In this document: positions 13,541-24,032 of the stretch, one piece after another
How the letters are laid out: each line of letters begins with the position of its first letter
Position numbering within the stretch: position 1 is the stretch's first letter
NCBI GenBank assembly: GCA_051362555.1
Contig: CM120647.1
Coordinates: 8,556,001-8,620,000 of the forward strand
DNA: 64,000 nucleotides
Reading direction: 5' to 3'
Source: Lingula anatina
Lineage: Eukaryota; Animalia; Brachiopoda
The notes under the pieces: generated by a model
What the model saw: the letters and a program-made list of their open reading frames with translations, nothing else
Told to the model about the DNA's origin: nothing
Database searches by the model: none
Made by a program: the position numbers and the translations under genes

Positions 13541-13671
13541 TATGTCACAAAATAACCTTAAGTTTGTTCCTGTATGGTTTATGTCCAATGCAACATATGG
13601 AAAACACTCTCTTCCCAACATAGAAACACTCGAAAACAAAATACAACACGGCTGTCGGGCCTACATGTTAA

Positions 13672-14011
13672 AGGGATAATAACTCTTCGTTTTGGCCAAA
13701 AAATGAATTTTCCTGGAGTAAACGACAATTTTCCCATACTTACCAATGGTTAATGAATCTATTTTTACATTCAAAGTTAGTCCCTGGTTTTTTTTTTCTA
13801 AAAAGTTTGGTTTTTTGTTAAAATCTCATAAGAGATTTTAACAGAGTATAGCCATCAATGGAGGTCACGTGGTCTAAAGACAAGCTCATATATCAGAATA
13901 ATAGCTATAACTGCTGTTTTTGTGGTAAAACAGAATATATTATATTTCTGTGAGTTATTCACAATGTTTTTATTGTGAAATATAGATCTCATACGAATAG
14001 TTATTATCCCT
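13672..14011 (+). mobile_element. Kolobok/T2-type MITE (TTAA TSD)
   Basis: TTAA|AGGGATAATAACT ... AGTTATTATCCCT|TTAA; near-identical copy at 62255-62591 and partial copies near 26372 and 28860. Confidence 0.85.
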
Positions 14012-14957
14012 TTAAATGATACCTTTCTGCATAATCCAGCAGATGCCCTATCTTAGGCGAAAAACAGTGTTATGAAGTTTGTTCCTGTTTTTTAAATTGT
14101 AACAAAATATGGAGAACACTCGCTCCTCAACTTAGTAATTTGAACACGGAGAAGTTGTTGAAAGATGATTGCGTCTTTTAAAACGTCTTGAAAATTGCGT
14201 TAGATGCACTTTGGGCAAAAAATGCGTTAGATACGCTTTGTGCGTTTCACAGTCGGCTGTCGTGCTTGAAAAGTCTGAAATAATTAATAAATATATAAGC
14301 ATACAGTTCAAAATAAGAGTATATGCAGGTGTATATATAACAAAAACCAATTCCTCAACTGTGTGGCAGCATGCTTTTTACGATTCTCGGGGGCAGATGA
14401 AGGATTATTTGAAGGGGGTCTGCAATGCGAAGCCAACTCTCTTTCTCTCCCCCCCCCCCCCTGAAGTGGGGTTTGGGGCCTGCTGGTGCTGGACAGAGTT
14501 TAACCTCAAAGTGAAATCAATGCTGCACATGTTACCAAACACATTTCTTTTATTTTATCAATTCCTATTCAAAGTCTTTTGCAACATCTAAAAGGCAACA
14601 GATCAAACTAGCAATCCATTCCAAACAGTCATATATTTGAGGGTTTTCTAACACAAAGATTAATCAGCAAAATCAATTCATTTTATTATCATATTAGTAT
14701 GAAAAAAATTATATGAGACTGATCATTTGAATTATGTTAGTCGATAAATACACAAATCCTATACATGACATGCCATCATAAGAAACAAGATCAAAATACA
14801 AATTAAATGATATCTTTTCTAAACAACACTTTTACAACTTGCATAAATCTAAACATAACTAGTATAGTTCTTTTTACTTTGAAATGATAGATTTGCAAGA
14901 TATTCCTTATTCTTCATGTTAGAGCCTCCTTCTAATTCACAAGTAACAAGTTGCGCT

Positions 14958-15987
14958 GCTGCGTTCACATGAAATATCTATTTTTGGTATCTTGGTATCT
15001 ATTTGCGGTATCTTGTGATCACAGTCTGTGCCCTTAATTCCCCACAGTGTTATTACGGGCAGCACGAGCAAGTTTCTTTCAAAGCTGTAATTTATTCACA
15101 GCGCTGCCAGTAATTACTCAAGGCACAGACCGTGATCACAAGTTACCGCAAATAGATTTTTAGAAAATAGATTTTCATGTGAACGCAGCCTTAGGTGCAT
15201 CTCAGATGTCTAAGGGTCCATTCAGAATGAGAAGAGCTGGTTGATAGCTGGTCAATGGCCTAAATATGGCAGACTTAAATGAAAGAAAGGCTTACAGACA
15301 TGGGGAAACTGTAGGACCCACTGCTCCTGCCCCCACTGAAAACCTGTGGACTGGCAAGATTTATGTGAAACACAATACATAAAAATAAAAAATAAGTTAC
15401 TTTCTTTTAACAAGAATTAAAACCAGAATAAAAATTCACAGTCACCTCTTGTTGTTTGGTTTCAAATGAAATTTTAATTTTATTTTAATTTATGCTGTTG
15501 ACCAGCTAGCAACCTGCTCTTGTCATTCTGAACCGTCCCTATGGCACCATTTCCATACCCTATCATACTTAGTGTGGATCAATCTATATCTGAGGGGATT
15601 TCACTAAATTGCAATCAACTTAAGCGGGTTAGATGTCTGTCATGCCTACTAAAGCTGCTAGGGGGTAATTTATTATCGTTTAACAGCTTCAGTAGGCATG
15701 CCAGACATCTAAGCCCCTTAAGCTGAAATCAATTTAGCAAAAAAAAAAAAAAAACTTTCCGGTGGATCAATCCTATAAGTTTAATCTAGATATGGGAACC
15801 TAGTCTCAGAGCGACCTAACTCTCTGGGGGTTCAAGCTCAATTGCTGTCAGCCGACCACGCACGGAAGTTAATTACCCCCTTACAGCTTTTAGTAGGCGG
15901 GACAGACATTTAAGCCAGCTAATCTGACAGTAATCTAGTGAGACTCCCCACGGGATAGATCAATCTACAATCTGTGGGAATGGGGTC
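14958..15987. mobile_element. Pile-up of four Harbinger-like MITEs (~14958-15190, 15214-15539, ~15543-15805, ~15806-15987)
   Basis: TIR pairs GCTGCGTTCACATGAAA/TTTCATGTGAACGCAGC, GGGTCCATTCAGAATGA/TCATTCTGAACCGTCCC, GGCACCATTTCCATA/TATGGGAACC, and a truncated family-A copy. Confidence 0.75.
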
Positions 15988-16018
15988 TTAGAAATCATTT
16001 CATGTCTTAAAGAAGACA

Positions 16019-18060
16019 TTATACACCAGCATCTGCAAATACATTTCTAAACAATGCAACAGGATATATATCAGGCCTCACTTTTGGGTCAATGTTATCA
16101 TCAAACTCCTTTCTGACTACGGCATCAGTATAGAAATTACTTTCTTCTTTCATCCCCAAAGCAGAATCTTTTTTGACAGACTGCGGTGAAAGCATGGGTG
16201 AAATATTCTCACCTTGAAGTTCTTTCTTGATAGACTGAACTGATAAGCTGGGGTGGATCTCTCTTTCATGTTGTGTACAAGTATTTTTTAAACTAAAGTT
16301 CTTTTTACAATACTGGCATTTGAATGGCTTTTCAACAGTGTGGATCCTTCTTTCATGTCTTAAACAGTTACTTTTTAAACTAAAGTTCTTTTTACAATAC
16401 TGGCATTTGAATGGTTTGTCACCAGTGTGGGTCCTTTCATGTGATAAACAGTTACTTTTTGTACTAAAACTCTTTTCACAATACTGGCATTTGAATGGTT
16501 TTTCACCAGTGTGGATCTTTTCATGTGATAAACAAGCACCTTTTGTACTAAAACTCTTTTCACAATGCTGGCATTTGAATGGTTTTTCACCAGTGTGGGC
16601 CCTTTCATGTGATAAACAGTAGCTTTTTGCATTAAATCTCTTTTCACAATACTGGCATTTGAATGGTTTTTCACCAGTGTGGGTCCTTTCATGTAGTGAA
16701 CATTTATGCTTTTCAAAAAAACTCTTTTCACAATATTGGCATTTAAATGGTTTTTCTCCAATGTGAGTTCTTTCATGTCTTGTGCATTCACTTTTTGTAA
16801 GAAAAATCTTTTTACAGTACTGGCATTTGAATGGTCTTTCACCAGTGTGGATCCTTTCATGTGTTAAACAGTTACTTTTTGTACTAAAACTCTTTTCACA
16901 ATACAGGCATTTGAGTGTTTTTTTACCAGTGTGGTTCCTTTCATGCTCTGTACGTTTATGTTTTTCAATAAAACCCTTTCCACAATATTTGCATTTAAAT
17001 GGCTTTTCTCCAGTGTGGGTTCTTTCATGCACTGTACAGTAGTTTTTTGTACTAAAAATCTTTCTACAGTATTGGCATTTGAATGGTTTAACACCAGTGT
17101 GGGTCCTTTCATGTATTATATATCTACTGTTTGTACTAAAACTCTTTTCACAATACTGGCATTTAAATAGTTTTTCTCTAGTGTGGTTCCTTTCATGTAT
17201 TATACAGCTACTGTCTGTACTAAAACTCTTTTCACAATACTGGCATTTGAATGAATTTACTCCAGTGTGGATCATTTCATGTATTCTATGGCTACTTTTT
17301 CTTCTAAAACTCTTTTCGCAATACTGGCATTTGAATGGTTTTTCGCCAGTGTGGATCTTTTCATGTGATAAACAAGCACCTTTTGTAATAAAACTCTTTT
17401 CACAATACTTGCATTTGAATGGTTTTTCACCAGTGTGGGTCCTTTCATGTGATAAACAAGTATCTTTTGAACGAAAACTCTTTTCACAATACTGGCATTT
17501 AAATGGTTTTTCACCAGTATGGGTCCTTTCATGCACTGTACAGTTACTATTTGTACTAAAACTCTTTTCACAATACTGGCATTTGAATGGTTTTTCACCA
17601 GTGTGGATCTTTTCATGTGATACACAAGTACCTTTTGTTCTAAAACTCTTTTCACAATACTGGCATTTGAATGGTCTTTCACCAGTGTGGATCCTTTCAT
17701 GTATTAAACAGTCCCTTTTTGTACTAAAACTCTTTTTACAATACAGGCATTTGAGTGTTTTTTTTACCAGTGTGGTTTCTTCCATGCTCTGTACGTTTAT
17801 GTTTTTCACTAAAACCCTTTCGACAATATTGGCATTTGAATGGCTTTTCTCCGGTGTGGGTTCTTTCATGTCTTATGCAGCTACTGTTTGCACTAAAAAT
17901 CTTTTTACAGTACTGGCATTTGAATGGCTTTTCACCAGTGTGGATCCTTTCATGTGATAAGCAGTTGCTTGTTTGACCAAATTTTTTTTTCACAATATCA
18001 GCATTTGAATGGTTTCTCTCCAGAGTGGATCCTTTCATGTTGTGTATACATACTTTCCAT
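16019..18060 (-). pseudogene. Poly-C2H2 zinc-finger gene, copy 1 (21 finger units; 5'-disrupted, probable pseudogene or N-truncated gene)
   Basis: The ATG at 18060 equivalent to copy 2 is followed after 20 codons by in-frame TGA (18000-17998) and by +1 shifts in A-runs (17982-17990, 17758-17765). The last 18 fingers and C-tail are open in ORF 16019..17869. Confidence 0.75.
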
Positions 18061-19583
18061 CTTTAACCTCTCATGACAGTAATGGCACTTCCAGTGAGGG
18101 TCCTGTCACTTACCACAACACTTGCATTTGAATTGTTTTTATCTGCATTGGACAATTCAATGTTTAACACGAAGAAAATGTTCCTTTACAACAACAGTGC
18201 GTGGGTGGTTTTTCTACAATGCGAGCCCCTTAATACATCATGCAGTAGGATTTGTTGCAAAAAGTTAATCTCCTATCACTGAATTTGCATTTGTAAATCC
18301 CTTTGTTAATTACTGTACCGAATTCACAGGTTATCAATTCACGGTGGCTGTAATTTGAATCGTCTTTGTGGAAGCGAAGCAAAGTTAATGTTCATGCAAA
18401 TGTTGCAGTCTTACCAAAGACATAATTATTTTATGATATACAGCAGAGTTACTCGTTCTATCCGTCCATATCGACTTGTTATCGTTACTAATACAGGGAG
18501 ATAACTCCTTGCTAATACAGAACTCAAACTTTCCGTTAAAAAGAGCAATATACTTTTATTCGATACTTTTTATTAACCAATCTTCAGGAGAGGCCACATT
18601 CCAATTCATCAATGGGAGATTGGGAAGAAAATGTTTTTTTAAGCCACTTAAGACAGTTCATCCGAAACCTTAAATATTATTCATTATTGATCAGTAGTCA
18701 TAATATAATATAAATCCTTAACAAAGTTTAATTTATTAGTAAACCTATGTGCTTTGGTTTCAGTGACCTGGTCAACAGAAAACAACATCGATAACCAACA
18801 TTTCACTTTTTGACGCCGGTTGTTTGCGAAAATGTCGTTTGCTGGGAAATGAAATATTTTTATTTTAATGACGTACAAAATTTCAAAACCAAGACAATAG
18901 AAACATTTTTAGGGTCATAAACCATCAGAGGTAATTGTAGGGACTTATATGGTGTCCGAAGTTTTATTTACTTAACAAGTTTAGTGTTGATGATGAATGA
19001 ATGAATGATAATAATTGATAAAAATTAGAGAAACTAAAACGTGGAAATTCTTTGAAATACAAAAATAACTTTTTTTTCAAAATTACAGCCAGAGATGATC
19101 CAATTGGCCAGTTCTTTACAGGCCTTTGTAATAAGCCGCTGTACACCCTAAGAGATAATCTTTTCAATGTGCAAAAATGATCAAACTTTCAGATTTTTTT
19201 CTATACAAAAATTAATATTTTAGTATAGCATATGTAATTCTGTTATTGTATACAACAGGACTATAGAGCAGATGATATTCTTATTTTGATGCTGCCACTT
19301 AATTAATACTGATGTTCAAATTTTAAGAAATTATATTGTCCTATAAAGTCAACATTTTCTCACTGAAAAGATAATTACAATACTAATACACTACTTTGTA
19401 TCAGTAGCCATGTTTAACAAGGCACAGTGATGCCAAATATTCATTTTGAATGAAATATTTTTTTTAAATTTATAGATCTTGTATGTGTTTAAAAGCTTGG
19501 TAATCTGTGATATTTTTATGTTGAAATAGAATTGAAATGCAGTATATATATATTAATACATTCTCGTGGTTTTTATTGTACAG

Positions 19584-20387
19584 ATGAACATCCAACAGAC
19601 TTCAACTGGTTTTATGATTTTGGATGAGAAGACTACTGTAAATGTTGAAAATATCTTCAGTGGTCCCATTAAGTCTCAGCCCCCCGACAGAGCCAGCTGT
19701 AGCATTCAGCAGTGCAGTAATAGCAATAACAAGGCCAAACATAGCAGCAGCAGTCCCATAACAAAATGCAATTTTGCTGAAGGAAACAATAAGTTGACTC
19801 CGCACAATATCAGTAACAGTAACAAGACTCAACGAGCAGACAGTAGCATTGATGCTTCACAGAAGTCTAGTTGCGGTAATAGCAGTGATGGTCAACCCTT
19901 TAACAGTGACACCAGCAAGGACAGTAGCAGTAGTGTTAAGAGAGCTAATTCAAAGTCGACTGGAAGCAGAAGCCAGTGTGGTGATGAGGATAAAATGCAC
20001 TGTGAGCAGTACACAGAAATGTTGGCTAAAAGCGTGTATAGCAAGAGGAATCACAGTGATATCATGGAGGCTGAGCATTCAGAAATGAAAGATGACAGCA
20101 TCAATAATAAAACAAATAGTGATGGAGTTTCATCTTGCGGTAGTGACATCATTGATGATAATACCAGTCAAAGTAACGTAGCCAAGAAGGAAGAAACAAG
20201 AACTGAAAATAAGGCTGACACTACTTGTATCAGTAATAACAGCAACAGTGACGGTGCCACTGATGGTAACATTGCTAGTGGTGGCGATAGCAGTAACAGT
20301 ACCACTGATGCACTTTGGGCAAAAAATGCGTTAGATGCGCTTTGTGCGTTTCACAGTCGGCTGTCGTGCTTAAAAAGTCTAAAATAA
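19584..20387 (+). pseudogene. Truncated, chimeric duplicate of the CCDC73-like first coding exon
   Basis: Near-identical to 25531-26253, then reads through the duplication junction (DALWAKNALDALCAFHSRLSCLKSLK*). Lacks all CCDC73 coiled-coil sequence. Confidence 0.8.
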
Positions 20388-20432
20388 TAAATAAATATCT
20401 AAGCAATAACCCCCATACAGTTCAAATTAAGA

Positions 20433-20476
<44 letters not shown>

Positions 20477-21125
20477 TTCAAAATGAGAGTAGGCCTATAT
20501 ACAGGTGTATATATACTAAAAAAACCAATTCCTCAACTGTGTGGCAGCATGCTTTTTACGATTCTCGGGGGCAGATGAAGGATTATTTGAAGGGGGTCTG
20601 CAATGCAAAGCCAACTCTCTTTCTCTCCCCCCTGAAGTGGGGTTTGGGGCCTGCTGGTGGTGGACAGAGTTTAACCTCAAAGTGAAATCAATGCTGCACA
20701 TGTTACCAAACACATTTCTTTTATTTTATCAATTCCTATTCAAAGTCTTTTGCAACATCTAAAAGGCAACAGATCAAACTAACAATCCATTCCGAACAGT
20801 CATATATTTGAGGGTTTTCTAACACAAAGATTTATCAGCAAAATCAATTCATTTTATTATCATATTAGTATGAAAAAAATTATATGAGACTGATCATTTG
20901 AATTATGTTAGTCGATAAATACACAAATCCTATACATGACATGCCATCACAAGAAACAAGATCAAAATACAAATTAAATGATATCTTTTCTAAACAACAC
21001 TTTTACAACTTGCATAAATCTAAACATAACTAGTATAGTTCTTTTTACTTTGAAATAATAGATTTGCAAGATATTCCTTATTCTATATGATAGAGCCTCC
21101 TTCTAAGTCACAAGTAACAAGTTGC

Positions 21126-21967
21126 GCTGCATTCACATGAAAAATCTATTTTCTAAAAATCTATTCGCGGTATCTTGTGATCACAGTCTGTGCCCTTAAT
21201 ATCCCATGGTGTTATTACGGGCAGCAAGAGCAAGTTTCTTTCAAAGCTGTAATTAATTCACGGCGCTGCCAGTAATTACTCAGGGCACAGACCGTGATCA
21301 CAAGTTACTGCAAATAGATTTTTAGAAAATAGATTTTTCATGTGAACGCAGCCTTAGGTGCATCTCAGATGTCTAAGGGTCCATTTAGAATGAGAAGAGC
21401 TGGTTGATAGCTGATCCATGGCCTAAATATGGCAAACTTAAATGAAAGAAAGGCTAACAGACATGGGGAAACTGTAGGACCCACTGCTCCTGACCCCACT
21501 AAAAACCTGTGGACTGGCAAGATTTATGTGAAACACAATACATAAAAATAAAAAATAAGTTACTTTCTTTTAACAAGAATTAAAACCAGAATAAAAATTC
21601 ACAGTCACCTCTTGTTGTTTGGTTTCAAATGAAATTTTAATTTTATTTTAATTTATGCTGTTGACCAGCTAGCAACCTGCTCTTCTCATTCTGAATTGTC
21701 CCTACGGCACCATTTCCATACCCTATCAGATAACCTTTCAGATGGATCAATCCTATAAGTTTGATCTAGATATGGGAACCCAGTCTCAGAGCGACCTAAC
21801 TCTCTGGGGGTTCAAGCTCAATTGCTGTCAGCCGACCATGCACGGAAGTTAATTACCCCCTTACAGCTTTTAGTAGGCGGGACAGACATTAAAGCCAGCT
21901 AATCTGACAGTAATCTAGTGAGACTCCTTGCGGGATAGATCGATCTACAATCTGTGGGAATGGGGTC
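21126..21967. mobile_element. Duplicated MITE pile-up (third element internally shorter)
   Basis: Paralogous to 14958-15987, with roughly 190 bp missing in the third element. Confidence 0.75.
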
Positions 21968-21998
21968 TTAGAGATCATTCCATGTCTTAAAGAAGACA

Positions 21999-23873
21999 TT
22001 ATACACCAGAATCTGCAAATACATTTCTAAACAATGCAACAGGATATATATCAGGCCTTACTTTTGGGTCAATGTTATCATCAAACTCCCTTCTGACTAC
22101 AGCATCAGTACAGAAATTACTTTCTTCTTTCATCCCCAAAGCAGAATCTTCATTTTTGACAGACTGCGGTGAAAGCATGGGTGAAATATTCTCACCTTGA
22201 AGTTCTTTCTTGATAGACTGAACTGAAAAGCTGGGGTGGATCCCTCTTTCATGTTGTGTACAAGTATTTTTAAAACTAAAGTTCTTTTCGTAATACTGGC
22301 ATTTGAATGGCTTTTCACCAGTGTGGATCCTTCTTTCATGTCTTAAACAGTTACCTTTTACAGTGAAGTTCTTTTTACAATACTGGCATTTGAATGGTTT
22401 TTCACCAGTGTGGGTCCTTTCATGCAGTGTACATTTATGCTTTGTACGAAAACTCTTTTCACAATACTGGCATTTGAATGGTCTTTCACCAGTGTGGATC
22501 CTTTCATGTGTTAAACAGTCCCTTTTTGTACTAAAAGTCTTTTCACAATACTGGCATTTGAATGGTTTTTCACCAGTGTGGATCCTTTCATGTGATAAAC
22601 AAGTAGCTTTTGTACTAAAACTCTTTTCACAATGCTGGCATTTGAATGGTTTTTCACCAGTGTGGATCCTTTCATGTGATAAACAAGTAGCTTTTGTACT
22701 AAAACTCTTTTCACAATACTGGCATTTGAATGGTTTTTCACCAGTGTGGGTCCTTTCATGTGATAAACAAGTAGCTTTTGTACTAAAACTCTTTTCACAA
22801 TGCTGGCATTTGAATGGTTTTTCACCAGTGTGGGTCCTTTCATGCAGTGTACAGTTATGCTTTGTACGAAAACTCTTTTCACAATACTGGCATTTGAATG
22901 GTCTTTCACCAGTGTGGATCCTTTCATGTGTTAAACAGTCCCTTTTTGTACTAAAACTCTTTTCACAATACTGGCATTTGAATGGTTTTTCACCAGTGTG
23001 GATCTTTTCATGTGATAAACAAGTACCTTTTGTACTAAAACTCTTTTTACAATACAGGCATTTGAGTGTTTTTTTACCAGTATGGTTCCTTTCATGCTCT
23101 GTACGTTTATCTTTTTCAATAAAACCCTTTCCACAATATTGACATTTAAATGGCTTTTCTCCAGTGTGGGTTCTTTCATGTCTTATGCAGCTACTGTTTT
23201 CACTAAAAATCTTTCTACAGTACTGGCATTTGAATGGTTTAACACCAGTGTGGGTCCTTTCATGTTTTAAACACTTACTTTTTGTACTAAAACTCTTTTC
23301 ACAATACTGGCATTTAAATAGTTTTTCTCTAGTGTGGTTTCTTTCATGTATTATACAGCTACTGTTTGCACTAAAACTCTTTTCACAATACTGGCATTTG
23401 AATGATTTTACTCCAGTGTGGATCATTTCATGTGTTCTATGGCTACTTTTTCTTCTAAAACTCTTTTCGCAATACTGGCATTTGAATGGTTTTTCACCAG
23501 TGTGGATCTTTTCATGTGATAAACAAGCACCTTTTGTAATAAAACTCTTTTCACAATACTGACATTTGAATGGTTTTTCACCAGTGTGGGTCCTTTCATG
23601 TGATAAACAAGTAGCTTTTGTACTAAAACTCTTTTCACAATACTGGCATTTGAATGGTTTTTCACCAGTGTGGGTCCTTTCATGCATTGTACAATTATAC
23701 TTTGTACTAAAACTCTTTTCACAATACTGGCATTTGAATGGTTTTTCTCCAGTGTGGGTTCTTTCATGATTTGTCAAACAACTTTGAGTATGAAAAATCT
23801 TTTTACAGTACTGGGATTTGAATGGTTTTCCTCCAGTGTGGACGCTTTCATGTCGTGTATCCATACTTTCCAT
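21999..23873 (-). CDS. Poly-C2H2 zinc-finger protein, copy 2 (624 aa; 17 intact + 2 degenerate fingers; no effector domain seen)
   Basis: Uninterrupted ORF of 28-aa CxxC...HxxxH repeats with TGEKPF linkers. First finger has C>S, last has C>Y; non-finger C-terminal tail of about 78 aa. Confidence 0.9.
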   Translation of the reverse strand: MESMDTRHESVHTGGKPFKSQYCKKIFHTQSCLTNHERTHTGEKPFKCQYCEKSFSTKYNCTMHERTHTGEKPFKCQYCEKSFSTKATCLSHERTHTGEKPFKCQYCEKSFITKGACLSHEKIHTGEKPFKCQYCEKSFRRKSSHRTHEMIHTGVKSFKCQYCEKSFSANSSCIIHERNHTREKLFKCQYCEKSFSTKSKCLKHERTHTGVKPFKCQYCRKIFSENSSCIRHERTHTGEKPFKCQYCGKGFIEKDKRTEHERNHTGKKTLKCLYCKKSFSTKGTCLSHEKIHTGEKPFKCQYCEKSFSTKRDCLTHERIHTGERPFKCQYCEKSFRTKHNCTLHERTHTGEKPFKCQHCEKSFSTKATCLSHERTHTGEKPFKCQYCEKSFSTKATCLSHERIHTGEKPFKCQHCEKSFSTKATCLSHERIHTGEKPFKCQYCEKTFSTKRDCLTHERIHTGERPFKCQYCEKSFRTKHKCTLHERTHTGEKPFKCQYCKKNFTVKGNCLRHERRIHTGEKPFKCQYYEKNFSFKNTCTQHERGIHPSFSVQSIKKELQGENISPMLSPQSVKNEDSALGMKEESNFCTDAVVRREFDDNIDPKVRPDIYPVALFRNVFADSGV

Positions 23874-23896
23874 CTTTAACCTCTCATGACAGTAAT

Positions 23897-24032
23897 CAGG
23901 GGCGGATCAAGAGATATTTTCTGACAGTCTTCCAAATTATCTTTGTTGATCCAACCTACATTTTTGACAATGTAAACTTGAAAATCTGACCGTGATCCGG
24001 AAGACCCAGAAGACGGCCTAAATCCGCCCCTG
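23897..24032 (+). mobile_element. 136-bp MITE with CAGGGGCGGAT TIRs and 5-bp TSD GTAAT, present only in unit 2
   Basis: TSD at 23892-23896 and 24033-24037; empty site GACAGTAATGGCAC visible in unit 1 (~18076-18089). Confidence 0.95.

Noticed and set aside
13737-13745. ATACTTACC, resembling the U1 snRNA 5' end (also near 28924 and 62319)
   Set aside because: Lies inside the Kolobok-type MITE; downstream sequence does not match U1.
21999-23873. PRDM9 identity for the minisatellite-like ZNF
   Set aside because: No PR/SET, SSXRD or KRAB exons upstream; that space is occupied by the divergently oriented CCDC73.
16320-23879. Long antisense and shifted-frame ORFs over the ZNF arrays (e.g. 17079..17957 +, 22303..23142 +, 16375..16860 -)
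   Set aside because: Shadow ORFs produced by the 84-bp finger repeat; no independent coding signal.
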